IMG/VR virus record: IMGVR_UViG_3300044837_000219
Span: 5,005-69,004 of that record
Source of the DNA: a virus
Direction: 5' to 3' (one strand)
DNA length: 64,000 bases
The notes beneath the pieces are model-generated. The model did not search any database. It was not told the origin of the DNA and saw nothing but the letters and a program-made list of their open reading frames with translations. The position numbers and the translations under genes are program-made. Position 1 is the first letter of the stretch. Each line of letters opens with the position of its first letter. Below are positions 29,293 to 38,469 of the stretch, in pieces.

Positions 29293-29551
29293 GTGGAGGC
29301 ACAAGACGTTCGTCCCCGCCGTCATCGTGAAGCGATACGGCTGGGATCGCGTCCTGCGCGAGCGCTGCGCCGATGCTCTGTTCATGGCAGGCAAGGCGGG
29401 CATATTGACGCTCGACGAGCCGAAGAACACCACGGTGACATCATGGGTCATTGGTTCTGACGGTTCATACATCCCGCAGCCAGCGGACGGCACGGAGACG
29501 TTCTTCGGCATCGAGTTTACCTTCGATGTTGACATCCAGGCGGCGTCGTGA
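29285..29551 (+). CDS. Hypothetical protein
   Basis: In-operon ORF; stop is the TGA of the operator. Confidence 0.5.
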   Translation: MSEWRHKTFVPAVIVKRYGWDRVLRERCADALFMAGKAGILTLDEPKNTTVTSWVIGSDGSYIPQPADGTETFFGIEFTFDVDIQAAS

Positions 29552-29565
29552 GACAGTAGGTCTCA
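29529..29565 (+). promoter_or_regulatory. Promoter/operator, leaderless start
   Basis: TTGACA-N17-GACAGT; TGAGAC-AGTAG-GTCTCA whose last A is the A of ATG 29565. Confidence 0.75.
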
Positions 29566-30329
29566 TGACGCAGACAGACAAGATCCTCGAAAAGATCGCC
29601 CTCCTGCTTCGCAAGGCCGAGTCAACGACGCCGCAAGAGGCCGAGGCGCTCACGGAGCACGCCGAGCGCCTGATGGTTCGTCACGGCATCGAGCGCGCTC
29701 GTGCGGAGGCTGCAGCGCTTGGTCGCGACCGCAAGGCCGAAGAGATCGTCACCATCGAGATGGACGTGCCCAGCGGGGCATATGGCGATGCTTACGCGTC
29801 GGTCACACTCGCCATCGCCAATGCGTACGGTGCCGTTCGGGTCTACATCTTCACCAGGCGCACCGACGAAGCGAAGTCGAAGACGGTGAGGATCGTCGGT
29901 TACCAGAGCGATGCTGAATCGGTGCGCACGTTGGCGACGTCACTTCTGCTGCAGGGCCGCGTAGCGCTGGACGCGTGGTGGAGGTTCGAGCGCGAGAACT
30001 ACGGTCGGATCGCGCCTGCGACGGCTGGTTCATGGCGGCGCGCGTACCTGCGTGGCTTCGGTTCAGGTGCTGCGGAGAAACTGAAGAACATGCGACTGAA
30101 GGTCGTAGCCGAAGAGGAGACGAGCACTCCAGGCACCGAGTTGATGCTGGTTGACCGCAAGGCTGCTGTCGACATCGCTTACGACGACATTGCCGCAAGT
30201 CTCGGTCTGCGCATGGGCCGAAGCGTCCGCGTCAGCCCGCGAGCGATGAATGCAGGTCGGCGCGACGGGAGCAACGCTAACGTCGGAGGTGGCACGCTGG
30301 CCGGATCTCGGCGCGCGCTTGGTAGGTGA
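29565..30329 (+). CDS. DUF2786-like domain protein
   Basis: KILEKIALLLRKAES...EAEAL...AERLM..HGI N-terminal motif. Confidence 0.75.
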   Translation: MTQTDKILEKIALLLRKAESTTPQEAEALTEHAERLMVRHGIERARAEAAALGRDRKAEEIVTIEMDVPSGAYGDAYASVTLAIANAYGAVRVYIFTRRTDEAKSKTVRIVGYQSDAESVRTLATSLLLQGRVALDAWWRFERENYGRIAPATAGSWRRAYLRGFGSGAAEKLKNMRLKVVAEEETSTPGTELMLVDRKAAVDIAYDDIAASLGLRMGRSVRVSPRAMNAGRRDGSNANVGGGTLAGSRRALGR

Positions 30330-30347
30330 GTCGAAGGAGAGCCCGAA

Positions 30348-31088
30348 TTGACCGTCAACTGGTTGTTGCTCGGATTGCTCGGAATCACCGCGCTGGGCGG
30401 CGTCCTCATCGGACTGGTCGTCGCCCCGCGCGGGCCGCGCCCCGAGCGCAAGACCTTCTTCGTCGTCCGATCGTGGTTCGAGCCGCAGGGATTGGAGCCG
30501 TTGTTCGAAGCGCGCTCAATCAAGTCCGCGCAGCAGTGGAAGGTCGAGCACCGTGAAGATTTCGGTGCGGAGAATAACACGCTCTACGTCTACGACAGTT
30601 CGTACGTCCGTGACTACAACGCCCGCGCGATGACGACCACGAAGTTCTGGGACACCATCGAAGCACTCGGGCGGGCCTGGGAGCAGTTGCAGGAAGCGAA
30701 CGGCATCATCGAAGCGCTGCGCGGTGAACTGCAGAAGAGGCCGCCGGTGCTGGACATGGGCAGGGATCCCGCACTCACGGTCGACGCACAGACGCAGGTC
30801 ATCCACGACACGGCTGAGTTGATCCTGGACGAGATCCGTCGGCTCGCCGCGAGCCCGCCGGAGGGTATCCCGCACCTGGTTCGGGCTGCGACGTGGCCGG
30901 AGCCGGGCAGCGTGATGGCCCAGTTCACCCCGACGGAGGAGATGGCTCTCGACGCTGCCGCCTCGGCGAGTCAGGCGCTCCCGAAGCCACCAGCGGGTGC
31001 ACCGTCCGTGACGCTGATGAAGCCGACCTCGAAGCCGAACACCCAGACCGTCGTCATCGACATGGGGACCGGCCAGCGCAAGCCGTAG
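30348..31088 (+). CDS. Membrane-anchored hypothetical protein
   Basis: N-terminal TM helix; AAGGAG RBS. Confidence 0.6.
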   Translation: MTVNWLLLGLLGITALGGVLIGLVVAPRGPRPERKTFFVVRSWFEPQGLEPLFEARSIKSAQQWKVEHREDFGAENNTLYVYDSSYVRDYNARAMTTTKFWDTIEALGRAWEQLQEANGIIEALRGELQKRPPVLDMGRDPALTVDAQTQVIHDTAELILDEIRRLAASPPEGIPHLVRAATWPEPGSVMAQFTPTEEMALDAAASASQALPKPPAGAPSVTLMKPTSKPNTQTVVIDMGTGQRKP

Positions 31089-31158
31089 TAGCGATCCTGT
31101 CGGTGGTGGGCGCTAGAGTCTCAGGTGAGCACTGCGGCGACACGACCAGGGGAGAAGT

Positions 31159-32280
31159 ATGCGACCGATCGTTCTCGATGACGACGCCTTCGAGGGGCGC
31201 GAGCGCATCATCGAACACCTCGATGCCGACGAGTTCAGTCTCGACGACTTGCCCGATGCGTTCGCTACGAACGTGGACGGCATCGAACGCCCGCCGGGCG
31301 GTGAAACGCTGATCCGGCGAGCGACCAACGGTCGCCCGTACATCTTTCCGCTCGGTCCCGACGGCCTGCCTGTGCTGACGCAGAAGACGTACACCTACAC
31401 GCGCGTCACGACGTTCATCGACAAGATCGACGACAACACGAATATTCACAAGTGGGAGATGCGACACCTGCTCGCCATTCTCTCCACGCCGGAAGGCGAG
31501 GGATTCCTACTCGAAGCGGCGTCGTACGACCCGGAGTCGATGACGTACCGCGAGAAGATGAACGAACTCGTCATACGCGTCCTCGAACGCGCCGGAACGA
31601 AGGACCGCGCGGCCAAGGGGACGGCGGTGCATGCCATCACCGAGCGCAGCGATATGGGCATGAACGTGTCGCGCATTCCGACGAAGTACCACCCTCATCT
31701 CGCCGCGTACCGTGAGTTCACGCAGCACTTCGAAATGGTGGAGATCGAGAAGTTCGTCGTCAACGACGACTACGAGACCGGCGGAACACCAGACCGCGTC
31801 GTGCAGTACAAGCCATGCAAGCACTGCGGCTGCGAGTACTACATCGAAGACCTCAAGACCGGCCGCGTGGACAACTACACGGAACTCGCCATCGCGATGC
31901 AGTTGGCGCTGTACGCGCACTCGAAGAAGTACAACATCGAGACCGGCGAGCGCATCGACCTGCCCCCGCTCTGCCCCCACAAGGGCATCGTCGTGCACCT
32001 GCCAGCGCACTCCAGCGATCCGTTCACGGATGGCGGCGTGAAATGGGTCAACATCGCACGCGGCTGGAAGTACGTTGATCTGTGCGCACGCATCGCGAAG
32101 GCGCGCGCAGAGAAGAACATGGTGGTGCCGTTCGAGCCGACGACGAACGTGTGGTCAATCCTGCGCTTGTGCAACACCCAGTTCGAGGTGCGACGCGTGT
32201 TCGAGGTGCACCGTGAAGAGTTCGATTTGGATGAGCGCCTGCACGAACTCATGGCGCTCCGGATGGAGGATCTGTCGTGA
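31159..32280 (+). CDS. PD-(D/E)XK (RecB/Cas4-like) exonuclease
   Basis: YTRVTT, KGTAVHAITE, GGTPDRV, IEDLKTG, QLALYA. Confidence 0.85.
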   Translation: MRPIVLDDDAFEGRERIIEHLDADEFSLDDLPDAFATNVDGIERPPGGETLIRRATNGRPYIFPLGPDGLPVLTQKTYTYTRVTTFIDKIDDNTNIHKWEMRHLLAILSTPEGEGFLLEAASYDPESMTYREKMNELVIRVLERAGTKDRAAKGTAVHAITERSDMGMNVSRIPTKYHPHLAAYREFTQHFEMVEIEKFVVNDDYETGGTPDRVVQYKPCKHCGCEYYIEDLKTGRVDNYTELAIAMQLALYAHSKKYNIETGERIDLPPLCPHKGIVVHLPAHSSDPFTDGGVKWVNIARGWKYVDLCARIAKARAEKNMVVPFEPTTNVWSILRLCNTQFEVRRVFEVHREEFDLDERLHELMALRMEDLS

Positions 32281-32474
32281 TCACATATGAGTGGACTCCG
32301 GCAATGCTGTCGAAGGCCAAGTGTCCGTACTGCGGCGTCAGTCTCGTCGTGCACGTCCAGGAGGACTGCGACAAGGTGCAGGTGCAACTGCGCGAGGCAG
32401 TGCGCGTCCGGCTGCGGGTGCGCACCAGCAAGCCGCGACCATCGGTCCGGTTGACAGGTATGTCATCCGCATGA
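32277..32474 (+). CDS. Small Cys-motif protein
   Basis: CPYCG; GTGA overlap; stop is operator TGA. Confidence 0.45.
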   Translation: MITYEWTPAMLSKAKCPYCGVSLVVHVQEDCDKVQVQLREAVRVRLRVRTSKPRPSVRLTGMSSA

Positions 32475-32488
32475 GACTATAAGTCTCG
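32451..32488 (+). promoter_or_regulatory. Promoter/operator
   Basis: TTGACA then TGAGAC-TATAA-GTCTCG. Confidence 0.7.
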
Positions 32489-32520
32489 ATGTAACGGAAG
32501 TCTACGAAGCGAGGGAAGCA

Positions 32521-33621
32521 ATGGGATACCTGAACAACCACGGCATCACGTCGGTCAACCGGAAGTGGAGCCCTAAGTACCTCGGTCTCATCAACCACGT
32601 CGTCTTCGTGGTCGATGCGTCCGCGTCCATGCGACCGCTCCGGGCCGCCGTTCTCAACCTGCTGCGCGAGCAGATCAAGTTGCTGGCGAAGCGCAGCGAG
32701 GAGACCGGCCAGGAGACGCGGGTCAGCGTCTACCTCTTCGATCAGGACGTCGAGTGCGTGGTCTACGACCGCGACGTCCTGCGCTCCATGAGCCTCGACG
32801 ACGTCTACGAGGCGCACGGAATGACGGCGCTGATGGACGCGACGTCAATGGGCATCACCGAACTGCAGAAGACGGCGACGCTGCACGGCGACCACTCGTT
32901 CCTCTTCTTCGTCATCACCGACGGCGACGAGAACCAGTCGCGCTTCACCAACTCGTCCTTCCTGAACCGGCAGATCACATCGCTGCCGGAGAACTGGACG
33001 ATGACCTGCTTCGTCCCCGACTTGAGCGGCACCGTGCAGGCCAACCGGTACGGATTCCCGCAGTCGAACATCGTGCGGTGGGACACCACGGTCGAGGGCA
33101 TGGAGCGGCTCAGCGCCACGCTGACCCAAGCGACCGACACCTACTTCACCGGCCGCACCAGCGGCGTGCGCGGCTACAAGAGGGGTGGCCTGTTCGGCGG
33201 CGGCGAGGACATGCTGAACGACCAGACGGTGCAGGACGCCGGACTCGTCGAGATCGACCCGTCGCGCTACTCCGTCTTCACGCTGTCCGAGCGGATCGAA
33301 GCGAAGCCGTTCTGCGAGCAGAAGGGGTTCGACTACAAGAACGGCGTCGTCTACTACGAGTGGTTCAACACGCAGGACATCCAGCCGCAGAAGACCGTGC
33401 TGTTCCAGCGCATCCGTGACGGCAAGGTGTTCACCGCCACGATGGGCTCGCAGGCGGCGCGTGACCTGCTCGGTCTCGACGCCCGTAACGTCTCGCGCGG
33501 CAAGCCTGCGCCGAACAAGGAGTACCGGCGCTTCATCCAGTCCACCGCGCCGAACCGGAAGTTGATCCCCGGCAAGCACGCGCTGGTGCTCGACGCGCTG
33601 CGGTCCGTCGTGAGCGTGTGA
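32521..33621 (+). CDS. vWA domain protein
   Basis: MIDAS VVDASASM, TALMDA, VITDGDEN; extra C-terminal domain. Confidence 0.85.
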   Translation: MGYLNNHGITSVNRKWSPKYLGLINHVVFVVDASASMRPLRAAVLNLLREQIKLLAKRSEETGQETRVSVYLFDQDVECVVYDRDVLRSMSLDDVYEAHGMTALMDATSMGITELQKTATLHGDHSFLFFVITDGDENQSRFTNSSFLNRQITSLPENWTMTCFVPDLSGTVQANRYGFPQSNIVRWDTTVEGMERLSATLTQATDTYFTGRTSGVRGYKRGGLFGGGEDMLNDQTVQDAGLVEIDPSRYSVFTLSERIEAKPFCEQKGFDYKNGVVYYEWFNTQDIQPQKTVLFQRIRDGKVFTATMGSQAARDLLGLDARNVSRGKPAPNKEYRRFIQSTAPNRKLIPGKHALVLDALRSVVSV

Positions 33622-33932
33622 TGGCTGACGTGCCCCGACTGGAGTTCGCCGAGTTCGACGAATCGCCCGACGACGAGCAGCCCTCAGACATCGCCCAGTG
33701 CGATGACTGCAAGAACCACATCATCTCGGGGCGAACGTTCCTCCTCGGAATCGACGGTGGCCTTGCTGCCATTGCCTGTCCGAACGACGGCTGTGATGCC
33801 GGTCCGGATATCGACCCGGACATGCTGCAGATGCCGGACATCAAGGTGACGCTCGCACTGCGCTTCGAGGGCGGGACGTTCGAGCACCCGCAGGACGGCG
33901 ACTACTACTTCGACATCACGGCGGTGCAGTAG
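33621..33932 (+). CDS. Hypothetical acidic Cys-motif protein
   Basis: In-operon ORF. Confidence 0.5.
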   Translation: MADVPRLEFAEFDESPDDEQPSDIAQCDDCKNHIISGRTFLLGIDGGLAAIACPNDGCDAGPDIDPDMLQMPDIKVTLALRFEGGTFEHPQDGDYYFDITAVQ

Positions 33933-34147
33933 TGGCGAAGATGAAGGCGACCGTCATCATCGAGATCGAGGCGTCGAACGGATCAACGTTCAAACTCCAG
34001 TTCGAGGAGGTCTATTCGCTCGCTCAGGACAATCCGCGCCGGTGGGCCTTCGATTCCGACAGCGTCGTCGCCAAGGCAGCCACCAAGGTGCATGACGGTA
34101 TCGTCGGAACCTTCGGAAGTGTGACGAAGGAGCAGTACGGCAGATGA
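33932..34147 (+). CDS. Hypothetical protein
   Basis: In-operon ORF with overlapping junctions. Confidence 0.5.
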   Translation: MAKMKATVIIEIEASNGSTFKLQFEEVYSLAQDNPRRWAFDSDSVVAKAATKVHDGIVGTFGSVTKEQYGR

Positions 34148-34449
34148 AGCGAGCGCTGATTGACACGGTGATCGAGCATCAACTCACCTGGCAGGAGTTC
34201 CAGCGACTCAACACGCCTCAACTCTGGAAGGAGATCATCGACGGCCTTCGTGCGCAGGCTGACGCTACGGCTGCAGCAGTCGGCGGACACGTCGACCCGG
34301 ATGTGCTGCCGACGCTCCTGGAGCCTCAGGTGAGGAAGCATGCGATCGTCGGCGGCGACTGGCTACTCTTCGCCGCGCGCTGGACGGTGTTGGTGCCGGA
34401 GAAGTTCGACAACATCACCGCAGCGCGCGAAGACGAACGGATGCGATGA
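34144..34449 (+). CDS. Hypothetical protein
   Basis: AAGGAG RBS; ATGA overlap. Confidence 0.55.
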   Translation: MKRALIDTVIEHQLTWQEFQRLNTPQLWKEIIDGLRAQADATAAAVGGHVDPDVLPTLLEPQVRKHAIVGGDWLLFAARWTVLVPEKFDNITAAREDERMR

Positions 34450-34472
34450 TCTGCCAGATAGCATCTCCACGC

Positions 34473-34510
34473 GGGCCCCGGCGATCCAGGCGCCGGGGCT
34501 CGTCCTTTTT
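34473..34510 (+). terminator. Intrinsic terminator
   Basis: GGGCCCCGGCG...CGCCGGGGCTC followed by T run. Confidence 0.6.
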
Positions 34511-34537
34511 CGACCCGGGGGCAGGAAGGGGCAGGGC

Positions 34538-35182
34538 ATGGGAAAGAAGCGTGAACAGAAGCAGTGGAAGGGTGCGCAGCCGCAGTCCATCGTGCTGGAC
34601 GAGGCAACGGGCGTCGTCCAGCGGCTGAACGACTTCACCAAGCAGATGAACGACGTCGCCGAACGGATCAGGAACAACACAGCGCGCCAGGAGGCCAGAA
34701 ACGCTGCGACAGCAGCCCGGCGACGCGCGGGCTCGCGGGCGGCGGTCTCGATCGAGTTCGACGAACTCCGCGAGGACGGCCGACCGACGTTCGACGCGCT
34801 CTATCTCGCCGTGGCGCAGACCGTCGGCATGGCAGCCGACTGCAGCCGCCCTAACGGTCTCGTGGGCGCCGTTGCGGTCAGGGACGACGTTCCGCTCGCT
34901 TGGGGCTACGTTGGCGTCGCAGCGGGCTTCCCAGGCTGTCTGAGCGGTGCATGTCCGCGAGCGACGTCGGACGTGCTGCCCGGCACCGATTACGACAACT
35001 GCATCAGTCAGCACGCCGAGGTCAACCTCATCGGCTTCGCTGCGCACCACGGGATCTCGCTGGCCGACGCGACGCTGTACGTCTCGCGTGAGCCGTGCAA
35101 GAACTGCTACAAGGCGATCAGTGCGGCGAGGATCGTTCGAGTCGTGTGGCAGTTGGGGTTGACAGCGTCAGCGCCCGCATGA
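34538..35182 (+). CDS. dCMP deaminase-family protein
   Basis: ADCSR..VGAV, QHAEVN, LYVSREPCKNC zinc-deaminase motifs. Confidence 0.85.
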   Translation: MGKKREQKQWKGAQPQSIVLDEATGVVQRLNDFTKQMNDVAERIRNNTARQEARNAATAARRRAGSRAAVSIEFDELREDGRPTFDALYLAVAQTVGMAADCSRPNGLVGAVAVRDDVPLAWGYVGVAAGFPGCLSGACPRATSDVLPGTDYDNCISQHAEVNLIGFAAHHGISLADATLYVSREPCKNCYKAISAARIVRVVWQLGLTASAPA

Positions 35183-35196
35183 GAGTGTCGGTCTCA
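35159..35196 (+). promoter_or_regulatory. Promoter/operator
   Basis: TTGACA then TGAGAG-TGTCG-GTCTCA. Confidence 0.7.
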
Positions 35197-35245
35197 GCAC
35201 CGAGCACTGGAAGCACTGGACATCACAGAGACAAGGGAAAACAAC

Positions 35246-35914
35246 ATGGCTGAAGTTCTGGACGACTTCGACGCATTCGGCGGCGGCGGTGGGGCTCCGG
35301 TCCCGTCGTGGAAGACGATGGGCGTCGGTGGTCGTACCAAGGGTGTGATTCTCCCGCAGATCCACCCGAAGGCCGGTGTGCTCGTGGCGTACTTGACCAC
35401 GCAGCAAACGTCGATGCCGACCGAAGACAAGCCTGCGCAGCCGCTGACCTACGACAACGGCGACCCGCGCACGCAGGCCGAGTTCCTGGTCCAGACGGAC
35501 ATCCGGGACTTCCGGGACTGCTCGCGCAAGTTCAAGGAGTTCGCGCAGGAGAACGACGTCGAGGACGACGGCATCCGCCGGGTCATCGTCAAGGGCCGCT
35601 CCGGCTCGCGGTCGATGCAGAAGAACGGTCGCCAGACCTTCGGCGGCCAGGGCCGTCCGGAGTACGGCGCCTACATCGACTACACGCTCCTGGAGCAGAA
35701 GCCGATCCGGGGTACCTCGTACGACGAGAACATCACGGAGTGCAAGTTCGCCAAGGGCGACGCAGCCTCGGCGAAGGTGGTCAACGACTACCTGGCCGAG
35801 AACCACTCCGAGTTCCTGGGCGGCGTCGGTGACGCGTTCGAGGACAAGACCAGCGCCGGTTCCGCTCCCGCAGGAGTCGGCGTGAAGAACTCGGGCGACG
35901 ACCCCGAGTTCTGA
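35246..35914 (+). CDS. Putative ssDNA-binding protein
   Basis: YDNGDPRTQ...VQTD.R...EDDGIRR pattern of actinophage SSB-like proteins; acidic tail ending DDPEF. Confidence 0.6.
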   Translation: MAEVLDDFDAFGGGGGAPVPSWKTMGVGGRTKGVILPQIHPKAGVLVAYLTTQQTSMPTEDKPAQPLTYDNGDPRTQAEFLVQTDIRDFRDCSRKFKEFAQENDVEDDGIRRVIVKGRSGSRSMQKNGRQTFGGQGRPEYGAYIDYTLLEQKPIRGTSYDENITECKFAKGDAASAKVVNDYLAENHSEFLGGVGDAFEDKTSAGSAPAGVGVKNSGDDPEF

Positions 35915-35920
35915 CAGGAC

Positions 35921-35965
35921 GACGCGTCGGGCTGACTTCGGCGGCGTCGTTCAGCCCGACGCGTC
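35921..35965 (+). terminator. Stem-loop
   Basis: GACGCGTCGGGCTGA...TCAGCCCGACGCGTC. Confidence 0.6.
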
Positions 35966-36051
35966 ATCTGTAGCACGGAACCACCCAAAACTGTTACGCT
36001 GACGGCCAACAGGCAGGCGAACCCAAACCTAGATCGAGGAGCACACAGATC

Positions 36052-36426
36052 ATGACCGTCGAGACCACCGAGGCACCGGTCGAGAAGAAGACCCGCGTGA
36101 AGCGCAGCCCGGCGGAACTGAAGGCCGCGCGCGTCGCGAAGGCCGAGAAGGCGCTGAAGCGGACCGAGGACAGCGGTACCAAGGTCGTGGAGCGCGCGAA
36201 GGAACTGCGCGAGAAGGCCGACGCCGCGCAGGCCAAGGCCGACGCGCACGCGGAGGCGCTGGCGCAGGCGCGGGCGACCCTGGCCTGGGAGCAGGCCCGG
36301 CCGATCCCGCGCGAGGTGCTGACCGGCGAGACCGAGAACCCGTTCGAGGACTCGGTCGACGACTTCGAGGACGACGACGAGGACGGCACCGACGCGGACC
36401 CGGACCTGGACGACGACGACCTCTGA
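36052..36426 (+). CDS. Coiled-coil protein with basic N-terminus and very acidic tail
   Basis: GAGGAG RBS; strong codon bias. Confidence 0.7.
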   Translation: MTVETTEAPVEKKTRVKRSPAELKAARVAKAEKALKRTEDSGTKVVERAKELREKADAAQAKADAHAEALAQARATLAWEQARPIPREVLTGETENPFEDSVDDFEDDDEDGTDADPDLDDDDL

Positions 36427-36505
36427 TCGAACCGCGAGGCCAGCGAGCCCGCCATCTGCCGTCGTGGACGGTGGTGGCGGGCTCGCTCTGTTGTGAGGAG
36501 GAGTT

Positions 36506-37105
36506 GTGGCACGCGCGCAGTGCAAGGCAGTCGACTGCCAGCAGCAGAAGGCGCCCAGCAACCCGATGTACTGCTTCGAGGACTGGTTGGCGCGCCAGCC
36601 AGCAGCGGTGCAGGTGCGGTACGCGGAACGTCGTCTGCTGTCGATCCCGCAAGACCTGTGGGTCATGCGGATGCCGAAGGAAGAGTGGCCGGTAGGACGT
36701 CGCTGGTGCAGCGGCTGCCAGACGTTCGTCCGGCTGAAGGACTGCCCCTCCGGCGGTTCGCGGTGCCGAGCCTGCAACTCCAACGCTGCGCACGCGCGGA
36801 TGGTCGAGGCGACGTACGGAATCACCGAGGACGACTTTCGACGGCTGTGGCGCGCGCAGGGCGGGCGCTGCTACATCTGCCAGCGCCGGGTGCACAGCAA
36901 GCGCCCTGCCGTCGACCATGACCACGAGACCGGCGAGGTTCGCGGCCTGCTGTGTCCAGACAACGAACGGGGCTGCAACCATGCCATTCTCGGGAACATA
37001 CGTGGCGAGACACTCGAAGAGAAGATCGAGATGGTCTATCGCGTCGCCGAGTATCTTCGCAACCCTCCGGCGCGTTATGTCTTGCGCGGACAGGCTCCTG
37101 CATGA
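36506..37105 (+). CDS. Endonuclease VII (Holliday junction resolvase-like)
   Basis: YGIT...QGGRCYIC...AVDHDHETGEVRGLLC...CN. Confidence 0.9.
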   Translation: MARAQCKAVDCQQQKAPSNPMYCFEDWLARQPAAVQVRYAERRLLSIPQDLWVMRMPKEEWPVGRRWCSGCQTFVRLKDCPSGGSRCRACNSNAAHARMVEATYGITEDDFRRLWRAQGGRCYICQRRVHSKRPAVDHDHETGEVRGLLCPDNERGCNHAILGNIRGETLEEKIEMVYRVAEYLRNPPARYVLRGQAPA

Positions 37106-37119
37106 GATACTGAGTCTCA
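37082..37119 (+). promoter_or_regulatory. Promoter/operator
   Basis: TTGCGC then TGAGAT-ACTGA-GTCTCA. Confidence 0.6.
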
Positions 37120-37148
37120 CGAAGAAGCGAGAGATTGAGGAGCCCAAG

Positions 37149-37607
37149 ATGAGCGACGAAGGCCAGCCCGTCCAGATCGGTACCGAACTGCACCGCGACG
37201 TCGAGGATGCGTTCAGCGACTTCATGCTGAACCGGCCGTTCGACTGCGGCTTCGACCCGAACGACGAGGACCCAGACCGCAAGGGCGAGATCGACATGTT
37301 CCGCAGCCAGGCGCTGCGCTGCATGTTCCTCAACACCGACTTCGGCGCGTTCGTCACGAAGGCGGCGCAGGAGGTCATGGACCACGAGTTGAACACGCGC
37401 TGGAGCAACGGCGAATCGCTGAACGCCAGCGATGTCGAGCAGTTGCGCCACCTGATGGGGCACGTGTCGACGGACCTTCTCAACCGGCTGATGACGCAGG
37501 CGATCGAGCCGTTCGTCGCCAATCTCATTCGCGAGGGACGTTACTCGCGCAACGGCATGTACCCGACCCACGACTTCACGGCTGCGCAGCAGCCGCCGCA
37601 GGAGTAG
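37149..37607 (+). CDS. Hypothetical protein
   Basis: GAGGAG RBS. Confidence 0.6.
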   Translation: MSDEGQPVQIGTELHRDVEDAFSDFMLNRPFDCGFDPNDEDPDRKGEIDMFRSQALRCMFLNTDFGAFVTKAAQEVMDHELNTRWSNGESLNASDVEQLRHLMGHVSTDLLNRLMTQAIEPFVANLIREGRYSRNGMYPTHDFTAAQQPPQE

Positions 37608-37609
37608 CG

Positions 37610-38164
37610 ATGAAGAAGATCCCGACCATTTTCGTGCGCGACCCGGAGAACCCGGACCGGATTCTGCTCGACCAGATCCATCCCGCGTGTCGCTGGGTGT
37701 TCGACGGCGAAGGTACTCCAACGCGCAAGTACGACGGCACCTGCGTCCTGCTTGACGTTCAAGGACGATGGTTCGCCCGTCGGCAGGTCAAGGTCGGCAA
37801 GAGCGCTCCCGAGGGCTACATCCCGGTCGATCGCGACGACGTCACCGGCAAGGTGTTCGGCTGGGAGCCGATGGAGAACTCCGGCTGGAAGTCGATGCAC
37901 GCTGAGGCTCTGTTCCGCCAGGAGGGCGAGTTCTGGCTTCCGGGGACGTACGAACTCTGCGGCCCGAAGATCAATGGCAATCCCGAGCGACTTCACGGCC
38001 ACATGCTCGTCGCGCACTCCGCAGCGCAGGTCATTCCGCTACCGGCGGAAATGTTTCGTCCGCTCGATATGGCGCTGTGGGTGAAGTCGCAGGGCTGGGA
38101 GGGTATCGTGTGGCATCACCCGGACGGTCGCATGGCGAAGTTGAAGGTCCGCGATCTGTTCTGA
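37610..38164 (+). CDS. RNA ligase-like nucleotidyltransferase (DUF5565-like)
   Basis: Motif I TRKYDGT, GTYELCGPKINGNP, motif IV EGIVW, motif V AKLK. Confidence 0.75.
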   Translation: MKKIPTIFVRDPENPDRILLDQIHPACRWVFDGEGTPTRKYDGTCVLLDVQGRWFARRQVKVGKSAPEGYIPVDRDDVTGKVFGWEPMENSGWKSMHAEALFRQEGEFWLPGTYELCGPKINGNPERLHGHMLVAHSAAQVIPLPAEMFRPLDMALWVKSQGWEGIVWHHPDGRMAKLKVRDLF

Positions 38165-38171
38165 CCCACGA

Positions 38172-38403
38172 GTTGCCCGGCGGGCGTGCTGGACGCCATT
38201 CAACGCCGGGCGGCCGAGCCGGAGCGGTCTGTAGCAGAGCCCGCCAGCAAGGGTGATGTACTCCGGCGCCACAGACTCGCTGGCCGGACAGCCAGAGCAG
38301 AACGTGCGCGACCTCCCTGGGCTGGTTGGGGGAGGTAAGTGATGAGTCGCGCGCGTCCCAGCGAGCACCGCCCACCGATCGCGTGGCCTGCGATCGGTGG
38401 GCG
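38172..38403 (+). ncRNA. Candidate structured RNA downstream of the RNA ligase gene
   Basis: Four consecutive helical domains read by eye in an ORF-poor gap, ending in a 14-bp terminator-like stem. Confidence 0.45.
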
Positions 38404-38469
38404 TTGTGGTGTTCGGGTTCGAAATCTGTCACTCTAGAACCCTTCTCAGGCAGGAAGAGGGTTCTCGTA

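Noticed and set aside
31159-32280. CRISPR-associated Cas4
   Set aside because: No array or other cas genes seen; typical phage recombination exonuclease context
38330-38350. Hammerhead ribozyme core
   Set aside because: GTGATGA rather than CTGATGA, and no correctly placed GAAA
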